Source: Candidatus Woesearchaeota archaeon (GTDB taxonomy: Archaea > Nanobdellota > Nanobdellia > Woesearchaeales > JACPBO01). Taken from it: 58,043 bases of DNA. The stretch lies in contig JACPBO010000011.1 in NCBI GenBank assembly GCA_016180285.1, forward strand, positions 1 through 58,043, written 5' to 3'. The position numbers were made by a program, and so were the translations under genes. The notes under the pieces were generated by a model. It worked only from the letters and a program-made list of their open reading frames with translations, made no database searches and was not told the origin of the DNA. Positions 9,615 through 18,795 of this stretch are shown here, piece after piece (position 1 is the stretch's first letter; the number at the start of each line of letters is the position of its first letter).

Positions 9615-10511
9615 ATGGATTCTGAAGCTGCTGGGGAAAGTGAAAGACCTAGAGAAGAGAACCTTGCAGAGAGAATACTAAAAGAGCATCAGGTTCTTGA
9701 TCTCAATATTGGAAAAGGGATCAAAATAGAAGCCGGAGACCAATTCTTTGGCATAGCGCAGCCAATAATCCAGGATGGAAAGCTGGTTGAGCCAATGTGC
9801 GGCATCATCCCCAGGGGCATTTTAGAAAGCTACATGGACAAAAAAGGCATGACTTATGGCGTTTTTGAACTTTTAAAAAAAGGTAAAATCGGATTAGTGG
9901 ATTTGAAAGGTTTGCCGCCAAATATTTCTCTACATGATTTTGGCTTTGGCAGGTACAGATTTAAGATTACAGAAGTTTTAGAGGAAAAGATAGAAAAAAT
10001 AGGCCATGTATTCTGCGCCAGAGTTTTAAGCGAGGAAAAGACAGGCGTTAAGCATACGCACTATAAGAAAGAAGTTAAATTTTTAACAGAAGTCCCTGAA
10101 AAATTTAGAAAAATATGGCTTACTGCAAAAAAACCTGGAACAGATGATGTTTATTATGTTTTAAGGGGCAATGATGAAATTGAGTGGAAAGGGATTGAGA
10201 GAGGAGACAGCTTCAATGCAACATTAACGAATTACAATGGATCGGGCAAGCATGATTTTGAGATAAAACAATTCAATGAATTTGGCTATATTGGCCATGT
10301 AAAGCCAGAAGACAAAAATCATGAGTTTAAAACAAATTTTGATTACAAAATGCTGCGTACAAATCTTGTTTATAGATTTGTAACTGTTCATGTGATGCCT
10401 CCGGGAGAAAGATTGCTGCGCAAATTCTACTGCATTCCGCTGCATTTGGTAAAAGGCATTGATGCAGCTTATGCGAGATATGAGCCTGCTAAGCCTTGTT
10501 TTTTTCGATAA
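9615..10511 (+). CDS. hypothetical protein
   Basis: 298-aa ORF ending 31 nt upstream of the preferred ATG (10543) of the HerA-like ATPase, in the same direction. No family recognised and no NurA-like DGS motif seen. Confidence 0.5.
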   Translation: MDSEAAGESERPREENLAERILKEHQVLDLNIGKGIKIEAGDQFFGIAQPIIQDGKLVEPMCGIIPRGILESYMDKKGMTYGVFELLKKGKIGLVDLKGLPPNISLHDFGFGRYRFKITEVLEEKIEKIGHVFCARVLSEEKTGVKHTHYKKEVKFLTEVPEKFRKIWLTAKKPGTDDVYYVLRGNDEIEWKGIERGDSFNATLTNYNGSGKHDFEIKQFNEFGYIGHVKPEDKNHEFKTNFDYKMLRTNLVYRFVTVHVMPPGERLLRKFYCIPLHLVKGIDAAYARYEPAKPCFFR

Positions 10512-10542
10512 ATATTTATATTAAGGTTTTTTGAGTGTATAT

Positions 10543-11856
10543 ATGCCTTATGATGTTGTTCTTGGAAGAAGCGAGGAGGATAGAAAACACTTTGGTTTAA
10601 AGGGAACAGTATTTCTCGGAAAGCAATATGTCAAGATGGGCCAATTAACATCACTATCAAATCCAATTTATCTTGATGTTGCGAGGAGCCATGTTGTTTT
10701 TGTATGCGGCAAAAGAGGTTCCGGAAAGTCCTACTCGATGGGCGTTATCGCAGAAGGCATATCTGACATGCCTCAGGAAGTAAGGCAGAATCTGAGCATA
10801 ATAATGCTTGACACAATGGGCATTTACTGGACTATGAAATACCCAAATCAGCAGGATGAAGAATTATTGAAAGAGTGGGGTATTGAAGCAAAAAGCTTAG
10901 ATGTGCAGATTTTCACGCCAGTTGGCTTTTACAAGGAATATAAGGAAAAAGGAATTCCAACAGATGCTCCGTTTTCAATAAAGCCTTCTGAATTAAGCTC
11001 AGTTGACTGGTGCACTGTGTTTGATGTCAAGACAACAGACCCAATAGGAGTTGTAATAGAGCGCAATATAAATTTGCTTGCAAAGGAAAAAGAGAATTAT
11101 TCGCTGAAAGACATTACGCAGAAAATAAAAGAAGATGATGAAACTGACTTGAATGACAGGTATGCTGCGATGAACCGCTTTATGAATGCCGAAGAATGGG
11201 GATTGTTCAGCGAGGAAGGAACGCCTTTAAAAGATCTTGCAATTGCAGGCAGAGTAACAGTTCTTGATGTAAGCTGCTACGCAACAGTCCCAGGAAGCTG
11301 GAATATAAAATCATTGGTTATAGGGCTTGTTGCGCAGAATTTGTTCATACAGAGAATGACTTACAGAAGAGGCGAGGAGTACAAGTCAATACACAAAGCA
11401 ATGCATTTGTTCAGCGAGGAAGAGGAAAAAACAGAGATGCCGCTTGTATGGCTGGTCATTGATGAAGCGCATGAATTTTTGCCGAATAAAGGCAAGACAG
11501 TTGCAACTGACCCCTTAATTACAATATTAAGGGAAGGAAGACAGCCAGGCATTTCATTGATTCTGGCTTCTCAGCAGCCTGGAAAGATCCATACAGATGT
11601 GATGACACAGGCGGACATTATAATAAGCCACAGGGTAACTGCAAAGATTGATGTGGATGCCCTTGGAACATTGATGCAGAGCTATATGAGAGAAGGCCTG
11701 GACAAATTTCTTAATGACCTGCCCAGAGTGCAGGGGTCTGCCATTGTTGTTGACGACAGCAATGAGAGGATCTATCCTATGAAAATAAGGCCAAGGTTCA
11801 CGTGGCATGGCGGGTCTGCGCCGCAGGCGATAAAGGAAGAGAAAAAGATATTTTGA
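10543..11856 (+). CDS. HerA/DUF87-like P-loop ATPase
   Basis: Walker A VFVCGKRGSGKSY and Walker B LVWLVIDEAHEF. The N-terminal barrel-like region and ~440-aa size are typical of archaeal COG0433 ATPases. ATG at 10543 is preferred over the TTG at 10531. Confidence 0.8.
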   Translation: MPYDVVLGRSEEDRKHFGLKGTVFLGKQYVKMGQLTSLSNPIYLDVARSHVVFVCGKRGSGKSYSMGVIAEGISDMPQEVRQNLSIIMLDTMGIYWTMKYPNQQDEELLKEWGIEAKSLDVQIFTPVGFYKEYKEKGIPTDAPFSIKPSELSSVDWCTVFDVKTTDPIGVVIERNINLLAKEKENYSLKDITQKIKEDDETDLNDRYAAMNRFMNAEEWGLFSEEGTPLKDLAIAGRVTVLDVSCYATVPGSWNIKSLVIGLVAQNLFIQRMTYRRGEEYKSIHKAMHLFSEEEEKTEMPLVWLVIDEAHEFLPNKGKTVATDPLITILREGRQPGISLILASQQPGKIHTDVMTQADIIISHRVTAKIDVDALGTLMQSYMREGLDKFLNDLPRVQGSAIVVDDSNERIYPMKIRPRFTWHGGSAPQAIKEEKKIF

Positions 11857-11937
11857 TGATTTAAGGTGATTTTTATGGTGTTAATAAGTATTGGAAATGC
11901 AATTCAGAAGTCGGCTATTTTTTAGAAGGGGACTTAA

Positions 11938-12576
11938 TCACATAACTCTTTCTAACACAGATTCAAACCTTTTTGGATCTCTACTTGCTGTTGCTTTTCC
12001 GAGATTTAATGCATCATCAAGACTTAACCAACCAAGAACATCATCGCTATTTCCTTTCTCTTGAAGTCCAATTCCATCAAAGAGCGGTAGTGCTTCATAT
12101 AATTTATAATCTCCACCATATGAACCATCCCGTAAAACTATGCTTGTACTGAATGGGCTACATTCTCTGTAACCTCCTACATCTAATTGTACGCCTCCCC
12201 ATTGTGGATGTAACACAGCATATTCAGCCCAATTTGGATCCACTCTCTGAAGTTCTCTGATTGTATGTTTCCAATTTTCATATGTTTCATTAAGTCTTTC
12301 TTGGTTAAGTAATCTTTGAGCATGATTTGGTAATCCATATTGTTTCAAGGCATCAATAAAATTTAACATAAAGCCAATTCTATCTTCACTTTCATAATGT
12401 AAGTTATCTACTGCAGTTCGATACTCGCCATTTGTTTGTCTTCCTTTATGACTTATTGTTAATTGTTTATATGCTCCTTGAAGAAATCTACTTCTATCAT
12501 AGGTTTTTAATTTACTCATTCTATCACTAAGTTTTTCAACCAATTGATCTTTCATATTATCAATAATAATCAACAT
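11938..12576 (-). CDS. hypothetical protein
   Basis: 212-aa ORF. No motif recognised. Confidence 0.45.
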   Translation of the reverse strand: MLIIIDNMKDQLVEKLSDRMSKLKTYDRSRFLQGAYKQLTISHKGRQTNGEYRTAVDNLHYESEDRIGFMLNFIDALKQYGLPNHAQRLLNQERLNETYENWKHTIRELQRVDPNWAEYAVLHPQWGGVQLDVGGYRECSPFSTSIVLRDGSYGGDYKLYEALPLFDGIGLQEKGNSDDVLGWLSLDDALNLGKATASRDPKRFESVLERVM

Positions 12577-12603
12577 TATGTATATAAATGTTTTGGTTAT
12601 TTA

Positions 12604-12816
12604 TCACCCCCTGGTTAATAAACAAAAAGTCCCTTCCCTTGATTTAAATTCGTCGTTTGTTCTTTCTATTGGAAATGCCTTTAATTTTCTAATATAATCG
12701 CCAAAAGGACAAATAAACAAATTGCTTCCAACTCCTATTGCGGGTGCTTCAAAACCATTTTGGCGCAGTATAAGGCTGAGTATACAGTAATCCAAATGGC
12801 TTTTATGATTTGACAT
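12604..12816 (-). pseudogene. remnant of a glycerol-3-phosphate/lysophospholipid acyltransferase (PlsB/PlsC-like)
   Basis: The 70-aa ORF holds the acyltransferase H(x)4D block SNHKSHLDY and the following block GSNLF..PFGDYIRKLKAFPIER (compare PlsB [24 protein letters not shown]). Stop codons lie immediately upstream in frame, and the ORF ends ~60 aa after the motif. Confidence 0.5.
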
Positions 12817-12983
12817 GTAAATTATTCTAGATTATATAGCGGTGTATGAACCATTCTACCCTACCTTCTTGACTTGCATAAAAAGAATGGTCGTAATCAT
12901 CTGTCAATTTGCTTACATCAGCTTTATTGTCCGGCATCAAGGCAGAGAAATAAAGGCTGCTTTAAAATTTTTTCTATTGGCAG

Positions 12984-13223
12984 TTACTTTCGCCTGTCCA
13001 TCTTCAGTTCAGCTTCGCTCGGGCCGTAAGTCATGGAGATGATCGAAGCAATGAACATCAGTATGAATAACAGCAGGAATGTGAAGCTGAACGATTCTCC
13101 GATTGCATCTGCAATTGCCTCATAATAGAACACAACAATGAAAAACCCGATTATGCTCGCTGCCATGAACGTGCCGGATAACGGAGCAATAGGCCTCTGG
13201 ATCCATGATTTCTCTTCAACCAT
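12984..13223 (-). CDS. small membrane protein (two predicted TM helices)
   Basis: 79 aa with two hydrophobic stretches (FMAASIIGFFIVVFY and FTFLLLFILMFIASIISM). Confidence 0.4.
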   Translation of the reverse strand: MVEEKSWIQRPIAPLSGTFMAASIIGFFIVVFYYEAIADAIGESFSFTFLLLFILMFIASIISMTYGPSEAELKMDRRK

Positions 13224-13292
13224 AAAATCACCTCTTTATTTGGTTGTTTTTGGCTTTTTAGTATTTATATCTTTTGTTTATTTCAGAATTTG

Positions 13293-13712
13293 CTAACCGA
13301 TATTCTGACCTAAAAACTGCGGGTAATCTTTAATTAGAAAATCTACTTGCTCTTTGGTTATATAAAGATTATAATTCTCATCGGTTTTGTAGTGTGTTAA
13401 AAAAGAATTCAATTCAGAGCGCAGAGCAAATGCTTCTCTTGTTATTGGTTTTCCTAAATCGAAAGCTGAAAAAAACTTATCAATAGACATTGGTCCATCT
13501 GAATGTAGGATCTTCCCAACAAGAACTAATGGCCCTCCATCGATTACATCTTTGACAAACACGTCTGATTTATCTCCACCGTAAAAATGTGTTTTGCAAT
13601 ATCTCTCAGCAAGCCCTTTAAGCATTTCATTTTTTTCCCGAAGTGGCCTGAAAAATTCTTTCCAATCTATCTCATCCATTTTACCATACACCTTTTTATC
13701 CAAACTTGACAA
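13293..13712 (-). CDS. hypothetical protein
   Basis: 139-aa ORF whose start overlaps the 3' end of trpS by 17 nt, in the same direction. Confidence 0.45.
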   Translation of the reverse strand: MSSLDKKVYGKMDEIDWKEFFRPLREKNEMLKGLAERYCKTHFYGGDKSDVFVKDVIDGGPLVLVGKILHSDGPMSIDKFFSAFDLGKPITREAFALRSELNSFLTHYKTDENYNLYITKEQVDFLIKDYPQFLGQNIG

Positions 13713-14784
13713 ACTTCAAGCCATTAACCTGCTTTCTGGCTTTTTCAAGCTTTTTATTGAAATCATCCATGAATTCCGTCATCTTTTTGCATGCGATCTC
13801 TTTTATCTCGCCGCTCAGCATTTTCCCTGATTCATAGTCATCATGGATCTTTTTCAGCTCTTTATCATCTTCAACTAAATGATATTTCAGCAGCTCGAAA
13901 ACCATGTCTTTCTCTATAACCGCTCCAAGCCTTCTCTGCTCTTCCAAAGTATCTCTGCCGCCAGTCAATGCCTTCTTTATTTTACTGCATGCGGAACTTG
14001 CATCTTCAGGCAGTTCTATCATGCTGTCGGGATTGGATTTTGACATTTTTAGCGAGCCGTCTAATGCAGGCATAAACTTGTGATACAATGAAGATGGCGC
14101 AAAGAACTTCTTTTCCTTAACTCTTGCTACAATGTCTCTTGTCAGCCTTAAATGAGGATCCTGGTCAATGCCGACAGGAATTATGCCGGGCATTCTTTCA
14201 TTTATTTGCGGATAAAGAATATCTCCAACCTGCGTAACAGCAGACATTATCCTACCCGGGTCTGCATTCCCGTATATTGCTGTGAATTCATTCAATGTAA
14301 TTTTTTTTGCAAATTCATAAGCCAGATGAACAACATCCTTGTTTTCTGACTGGAAGTAAAATATTGTTTTTTTTGGGTCTAAGCCAAGGGCAATGTAAGC
14401 CGGAATGTGAAAATTCAATGCTCTTTTTTTGGCTTCTTCCAGAGGAACGCCTCTTGCAGCAGCTGATTCCAAATCTGCAACCAAGATGAATGTTTTTGCG
14501 CCGTGATCCTGGAAATACTTGATGTTCTCAACAACCATCTTTGTTCCGAGATGGATCTTCTCAGCTGTGGGCATTATGCCTGACAGGACATAAAATGGCT
14601 TTTTTTCCTTTATGCATTTGGAAATAATGTTAAGATCCCTGCCTGCAAAAACTATGCCTCTCCTCATCAGCCTGTTTGGATCTGGGAATAGACCTAGATC
14701 AAACGGCTCCAATCCGAAGTCTTTAACGATCTTCGAATAGTCTTCAGGGAGTTCGCTTCCGTAAACGTCTATGATTTTTGACAT
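13696..14784 (-). CDS. trpS: tryptophanyl-tRNA synthetase (archaeal/eukaryotic type)
   Basis: 362 aa, class I aaRS. HIGH-like EKIHLGTKM and KMSKS (LKMSKSNPDS). VGIDQDPHLRLTRDIVARV...SSLYHKFMPALDG resembles eukaryotic/archaeal TrpRS (AIDQDPYFRMTRDVA...FFPALQG). Confidence 0.88.
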   Translation of the reverse strand: MSKIIDVYGSELPEDYSKIVKDFGLEPFDLGLFPDPNRLMRRGIVFAGRDLNIISKCIKEKKPFYVLSGIMPTAEKIHLGTKMVVENIKYFQDHGAKTFILVADLESAAARGVPLEEAKKRALNFHIPAYIALGLDPKKTIFYFQSENKDVVHLAYEFAKKITLNEFTAIYGNADPGRIMSAVTQVGDILYPQINERMPGIIPVGIDQDPHLRLTRDIVARVKEKKFFAPSSLYHKFMPALDGSLKMSKSNPDSMIELPEDASSACSKIKKALTGGRDTLEEQRRLGAVIEKDMVFELLKYHLVEDDKELKKIHDDYESGKMLSGEIKEIACKKMTEFMDDFNKKLEKARKQVNGLKFVKFG

Positions 14785-14790
14785 TGGTGA

Positions 14791-15864
14791 TCACTTACAG
14801 GGCTTATTATTTAAAGTTTTCTTAAAATAGTCTGCTAAAACTTTTCCGCAAACTATTGATGATGTAAAAGGATAACCGGGGAACCTACCACCATTTCTTG
14901 AGCCATCTGCCTTGCACTCCCCAATTGCGAAAAGGTCTTTGCAACCTGTGGCTTCTCCCAAATTATCTGTTTTAATGCCCCCAGCAGTGTAATGTGCCGT
15001 AGGTGTGATCTTAATTTTTCCGTCAGTGCCTGCAAAATAAACTTCAGAGCCTCTTTTCATATAAGCAGTTATTTGTCTAAGGAGTTGATCAAAAATTTCA
15101 TGATACTTGTTGTTTCTGACCAAATCACGGGTTTCTTTGTCAAAAACAAAATTGCCTTCAGAGTCAATGAATTCACCCTCTCTGGTTTCGTTTCCAATCA
15201 AGATTTTTCTTCCTTCATTATATCCAAAAGGATGAATAAAAATGCAATCAGTGTTGATTATCTCGCTGCCATTCTTTCTGACAATATCAAAAATATTGTA
15301 ACTTTTGTATCTGAAATTATTGGTATATTCAAAAGTTCCTGCATACCCTCCTGTAGCCAAAACAAGGTATCTTGCTCTTAATTTGATATCTCTGTCTTTT
15401 TTTATGAAGTATACATCAAACAAGTCATTACTCTTGGCAAAATCCATTAGGTTTGCTTCTGTTTCAAATGAAGAAATGTGTTGCTGGAGTTTTTCTAAAA
15501 TCATTCTTCCGCCCTTTTTTCTACCTGAGGGAATTACCCCAAAACTTCTATGCTCAAAATTTATCTCAAGCTCTTTAAACAAACTTAAAACAAGATCTGC
15601 TCTGGAATAAATGAATCTCATTCTTTTTTCATCTTCGCCTAATTGTGTTGTGCTTTTTTCAATTATATCATCTAGTTCTTTATTTTTAGGCACTCTGCAA
15701 TGGCCAAAGCTCATTGACGACGTATTTGATAAGAGCGTCTTTTGTTCAGTACAAACAAGATATTTAATATGCTTCTTTTCCAGTTCAAAGGCCAAAACAC
15801 TTCCGGCAATACCGCTGCCAATAATTAAGACGTCATATAAACCATGCATGCCAGCGATAATCAC
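14791..15864 (-). CDS. FAD-dependent oxidoreductase (L-aspartate oxidase / succinate dehydrogenase flavoprotein-like, short form)
   Basis: N-terminal dinucleotide fold YDVLIIGSGIAGS, HYTAGGIKTD and C-terminal LFAIGEC..DGSRNGG. The start is uncertain: GTG at 15864 or ATG at 15849. Confidence 0.75.
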   Translation of the reverse strand: MIIAGMHGLYDVLIIGSGIAGSVLAFELEKKHIKYLVCTEQKTLLSNTSSMSFGHCRVPKNKELDDIIEKSTTQLGEDEKRMRFIYSRADLVLSLFKELEINFEHRSFGVIPSGRKKGGRMILEKLQQHISSFETEANLMDFAKSNDLFDVYFIKKDRDIKLRARYLVLATGGYAGTFEYTNNFRYKSYNIFDIVRKNGSEIINTDCIFIHPFGYNEGRKILIGNETREGEFIDSEGNFVFDKETRDLVRNNKYHEIFDQLLRQITAYMKRGSEVYFAGTDGKIKITPTAHYTAGGIKTDNLGEATGCKDLFAIGECKADGSRNGGRFPGYPFTSSIVCGKVLADYFKKTLNNKPCK

Positions 15865-16160
15865 CGCTTATGATTTTCATTCCCTTTTCCTCCATGTTTT
15901 AAGTCAGTATGACTGATTGAATTTAGATATTTTCGGCACATCCTGGCATAAAAAAGGGTGCAAATTGACTCACTCGGTTCATAAAAGAAATCCGCTGCAA
16001 TGCCTAAAAAAGAGCCATCTGCACCGCAATAATAGCTGGATGGATCCGGTACAGTCCAGGAAGAATCTCCTTTTGGTGGCTCAATCTTTATCAAAGGGCA
16101 TACTTTATCCTTCACTCTACGTTCCAATGTTTTCTTTTCGTTTTCGTTCATGATGTGCAT
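15861..16160 (-). CDS. hypothetical protein
   Basis: 99-aa ORF preceded by GGAGGAAAA. No family recognised. Confidence 0.4.
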   Translation of the reverse strand: MHIMNENEKKTLERRVKDKVCPLIKIEPPKGDSSWTVPDPSSYYCGADGSFLGIAADFFYEPSESICTLFYARMCRKYLNSISHTDLKHGGKGNENHKR

Positions 16161-16244
16161 TTTAATTTTCCTCCACGCTTTAAGTCCGTGCGACTTTGAT
16201 TTATTGTATATGGGGACTCCTAAATCCTGAGGATTTGTTAGCCT

Positions 16245-16532
16245 TCATCTCGGTGCAATATCAAAAACTAAACTGATTATTGCATGTTCTCCATAGCAGT
16301 TATCGTCTAAATGATTGTCCAATGCGCTTTTAACTTCTTGTTCTGATGAGTTAGGGCTTAACTTGTATCTTGTCAGTATGGCTTCAAGTTCTTTTTCTCT
16401 TGCATCATAAGTGCGTCCCCTTGCTACAACCATACCAATATCCCTTAGTTCATCTCCCAAAATGGGGTGTTCAATCTGATAAACTAAAACAGAGTACCTT
16501 TTTGGTTCATATTTCATTTTCTTTTCCTCCAT
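16245..16532 (-). CDS. hypothetical protein
   Basis: 95-aa ORF. The second ATG at 16517 follows the GGAGGAAAAG embedded in codons 1-5 and may be the true start. Confidence 0.45.
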   Translation of the reverse strand: MEEKKMKYEPKRYSVLVYQIEHPILGDELRDIGMVVARGRTYDAREKELEAILTRYKLSPNSSEQEVKSALDNHLDDNCYGEHAIISLVFDIAPR

Positions 16533-16542
16533 TGATTTTATA

Positions 16543-16616
16543 TGGGGACGTTGGGATTTGAACCCAAATTTACCGGTCTGGAGCCGGCAGTGATAGCCGA
16601 GTTATACTACGTCCCC
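16543..16616 (-). tRNA. tRNA-Trp (anticodon CCA)
   Basis: Minus-sense GGGGACG..CGTCCCC acceptor stem. Anticodon arm GCCGG-CUCCAGA-CCGGU, with one G-U pair. T arm UUGGG-UUCAAAU-CCCAA. 74 nt, no encoded CCA, and the D stem is weak by hand folding. Confidence 0.85.
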
Positions 16617-16793
16617 AAAAAGCAAACTCGGCATAAAGATCAGAAGAATTATCGCCAAAGCCAAGACTCAAAGAACATAGATCTGATTAACAGCTGATTT
16701 TTATTATAAATTTGTATAGTTTTATCTAAGAAAATGTCCTTAACTCCACCGACAATCACTTTTGTGAGTCATATGAATTGGAAATATGGGCTA

Positions 16794-17243
16794 CTATTTA
16801 AATATTTCTTTTATTACTGCCAACGAGTTCTCTTTTTTCTTCGGGAACACAGCAAGGCTGATCTTTATATGATAGCAGTTTCCTGAGTCAGTAATGCAAA
16901 ACTCGTCATTAAACAGCTTTTCCTTGTCCAGCCTTATGAAGAAATTAAGATCCTCATCTGTTCTCGAATCCGCCTGCTGCATTAAAAGCTCTTTTTGATC
17001 TTGCGTTAATTTAGAATTTAAAAATTCCAGAAATCCGTTAATATGCCTGTCTTTGATCAGTGTTACTTCAAATATTTTTATGATCCTCTCATTAAATCCA
17101 GCCGCATTCTGCTTGTTTAATGTTATTTTTTCTTCTTCAATTTTGAAGGGGATCAAAGAGATTAATTTACTCAGTATCTTTTCAGGATCCTCTCTTTCTT
17201 TTGCAAATACGCTGATTTTGACTGAGTTTGCGAGTTTCATCAA
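16794..17243 (-). CDS. UPF0201/COG1325-type predicted RNA-binding (exosome-associated) protein
   Basis: 149 aa. N-terminal VKISVFAKEREDPEKILSKLISLIP and FFIRLDKEKL...CYHIKISL resemble the archaeal DUF54/UPF0201 pattern (..PTED.EKV...RLDKQ..). Confidence 0.55.
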   Translation of the reverse strand: MMKLANSVKISVFAKEREDPEKILSKLISLIPFKIEEEKITLNKQNAAGFNERIIKIFEVTLIKDRHINGFLEFLNSKLTQDQKELLMQQADSRTDEDLNFFIRLDKEKLFNDEFCITDSGNCYHIKISLAVFPKKKENSLAVIKEIFK

Positions 17244-17291
17244 TAATAAAAAACAGCATATATTTAAATAACTTTATACTTTCCGCATCTT

Positions 17292-18188
17292 ATGAAGCAC
17301 AACCTTAAGATCACCTTATTGCTTGTCTTGTTTTTCTTCCTTGCCCAGATCATCGGCCTGGCAGTTACGAGCCAGTATGTTCATGTACAGCAGACCAGCT
17401 ATTTCAATGAAACGCTGAATGAAACTGTAATAATAAAAAACATAACTTACGCAGAGCTGCCTGCAGGCATTGAAAGGCCTGAAATTGAGCCGAGCGCATC
17501 AGTCATTTACATAGGCGCAGCAATCCTTGTTGGAACAATCATCCTGCTTGTCCTGATAAGATTCAAGAAAACAAACTGGTGGAAACTATGGTTTTTCTTT
17601 TCTGTACTGCTGACATTGACAGTTGCATTTGCCGCTTTCATAAATGCATGGCTGGCATTCTTATTAAGCCTTGTTTTGTCAATATTCAAGGTTTACAGGC
17701 CGAATATTTACATCCATAACCTGACAGAGCTTTTCATCTACGGCGGAATAGCTGCTATTTTTGTTCCGATAATGAACCTTTTTGCTGTTTTCATTCTGCT
17801 GATCCTCATCTCGCTCTATGACATGTTTGCAGTATGGCAGAGCAAGCACATGATAACAATGGCAAATTTCCAGACAGATTCGAAATTGTTTGCAGGATTG
17901 TCTATCCCTTACAAAAGAATCAAAGAAATAAAAGCTGAGAAAGCAAAAGGCGAAGCTAAAAAAGTAAAGATTGCAATTCTTGGAGGAGGCGATATTGCAT
18001 TTCCCTTGCTGTTCGCAGGCGTTTTACTGCAGCAATTTTCATTTTTTAAAGTTTTGATAATTCCTGTTGTTGTGTCAATAGCGTTATTCATGCTTTTTGT
18101 GTTTGCGAAAAAAGATAAGTTTTACCCGGCTATGCCTTTTTTGACAGCAGGATGCTTATTGGGATATCTGATTATGAGCATAATTTAA
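17292..18188 (+). CDS. presenilin / signal-peptide-peptidase family intramembrane aspartyl protease
   Basis: Multi-TM protein with the catalytic YD (LISLYDMFAVW), GxGD (LGGGDIAFPLLF) and PAL-like (YPAMPFL) motifs in canonical order. Confidence 0.85.
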   Translation: MKHNLKITLLLVLFFFLAQIIGLAVTSQYVHVQQTSYFNETLNETVIIKNITYAELPAGIERPEIEPSASVIYIGAAILVGTIILLVLIRFKKTNWWKLWFFFSVLLTLTVAFAAFINAWLAFLLSLVLSIFKVYRPNIYIHNLTELFIYGGIAAIFVPIMNLFAVFILLILISLYDMFAVWQSKHMITMANFQTDSKLFAGLSIPYKRIKEIKAEKAKGEAKKVKIAILGGGDIAFPLLFAGVLLQQFSFFKVLIIPVVVSIALFMLFVFAKKDKFYPAMPFLTAGCLLGYLIMSII

Positions 18189-18189
18189 G

Positions 18190-18795
18190 ATGATCAAAGC
18201 AATAATTTTCGATCTCGGCGGGGTTTATTTTTCTCCAGGCACAGAGATAGCTTATGAAAAACTGGTCAAGGAATTTCCTCATATCAATTCAGAGAAAGTG
18301 CGCCTCATAATGAGAGGTGGAAAGCTATCGAGAGGCTACAAATCAGGCAAATACTCTAAAAAAGAATTCTGGAAAAAAGCAAAGGAACTGGCTGGACTGA
18401 ATTTTGACGATAAAAAATTCTCAAAAATATGGAATTCTTCTTATACGTTAAATACAGATGTTAAAAATATAGTTATAAAGTTAAGAAAAAATTACAAAAT
18501 AGCCGTGCTTTCCGGAAACATAAGGGAGAGAATCAGATTCTTAAACAAAAAGCATGGTTTTAAAAAGAATTTTGATGTGATTGTGTTTTCTTACATGGTT
18601 GGCGCAAGCAAGCCAAAATTGAAGATTTACAATGAAGTTCTTAAAAGGCTTAAATCAAAGGCTGATGAGTGCATCTTTATTGATAACAGCAGGAAAATGC
18701 TGAAGCCTGCAGAAAAACTGGGAATGAGAACACTTCTTTTTAAAAATGCCAAACAGCTTAGGAAAGAACTGTGTTTTTTCGGCATTAAAATTTAA
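18190..18795 (+). CDS. HAD-superfamily hydrolase
   Basis: Motif I IIFDLGGVY at the N-terminus, ~200 aa, with later S/T and D-containing blocks (AVLSGN, FIDNS). Confidence 0.8.
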   Translation: MIKAIIFDLGGVYFSPGTEIAYEKLVKEFPHINSEKVRLIMRGGKLSRGYKSGKYSKKEFWKKAKELAGLNFDDKKFSKIWNSSYTLNTDVKNIVIKLRKNYKIAVLSGNIRERIRFLNKKHGFKKNFDVIVFSYMVGASKPKLKIYNEVLKRLKSKADECIFIDNSRKMLKPAEKLGMRTLLFKNAKQLRKELCFFGIKI

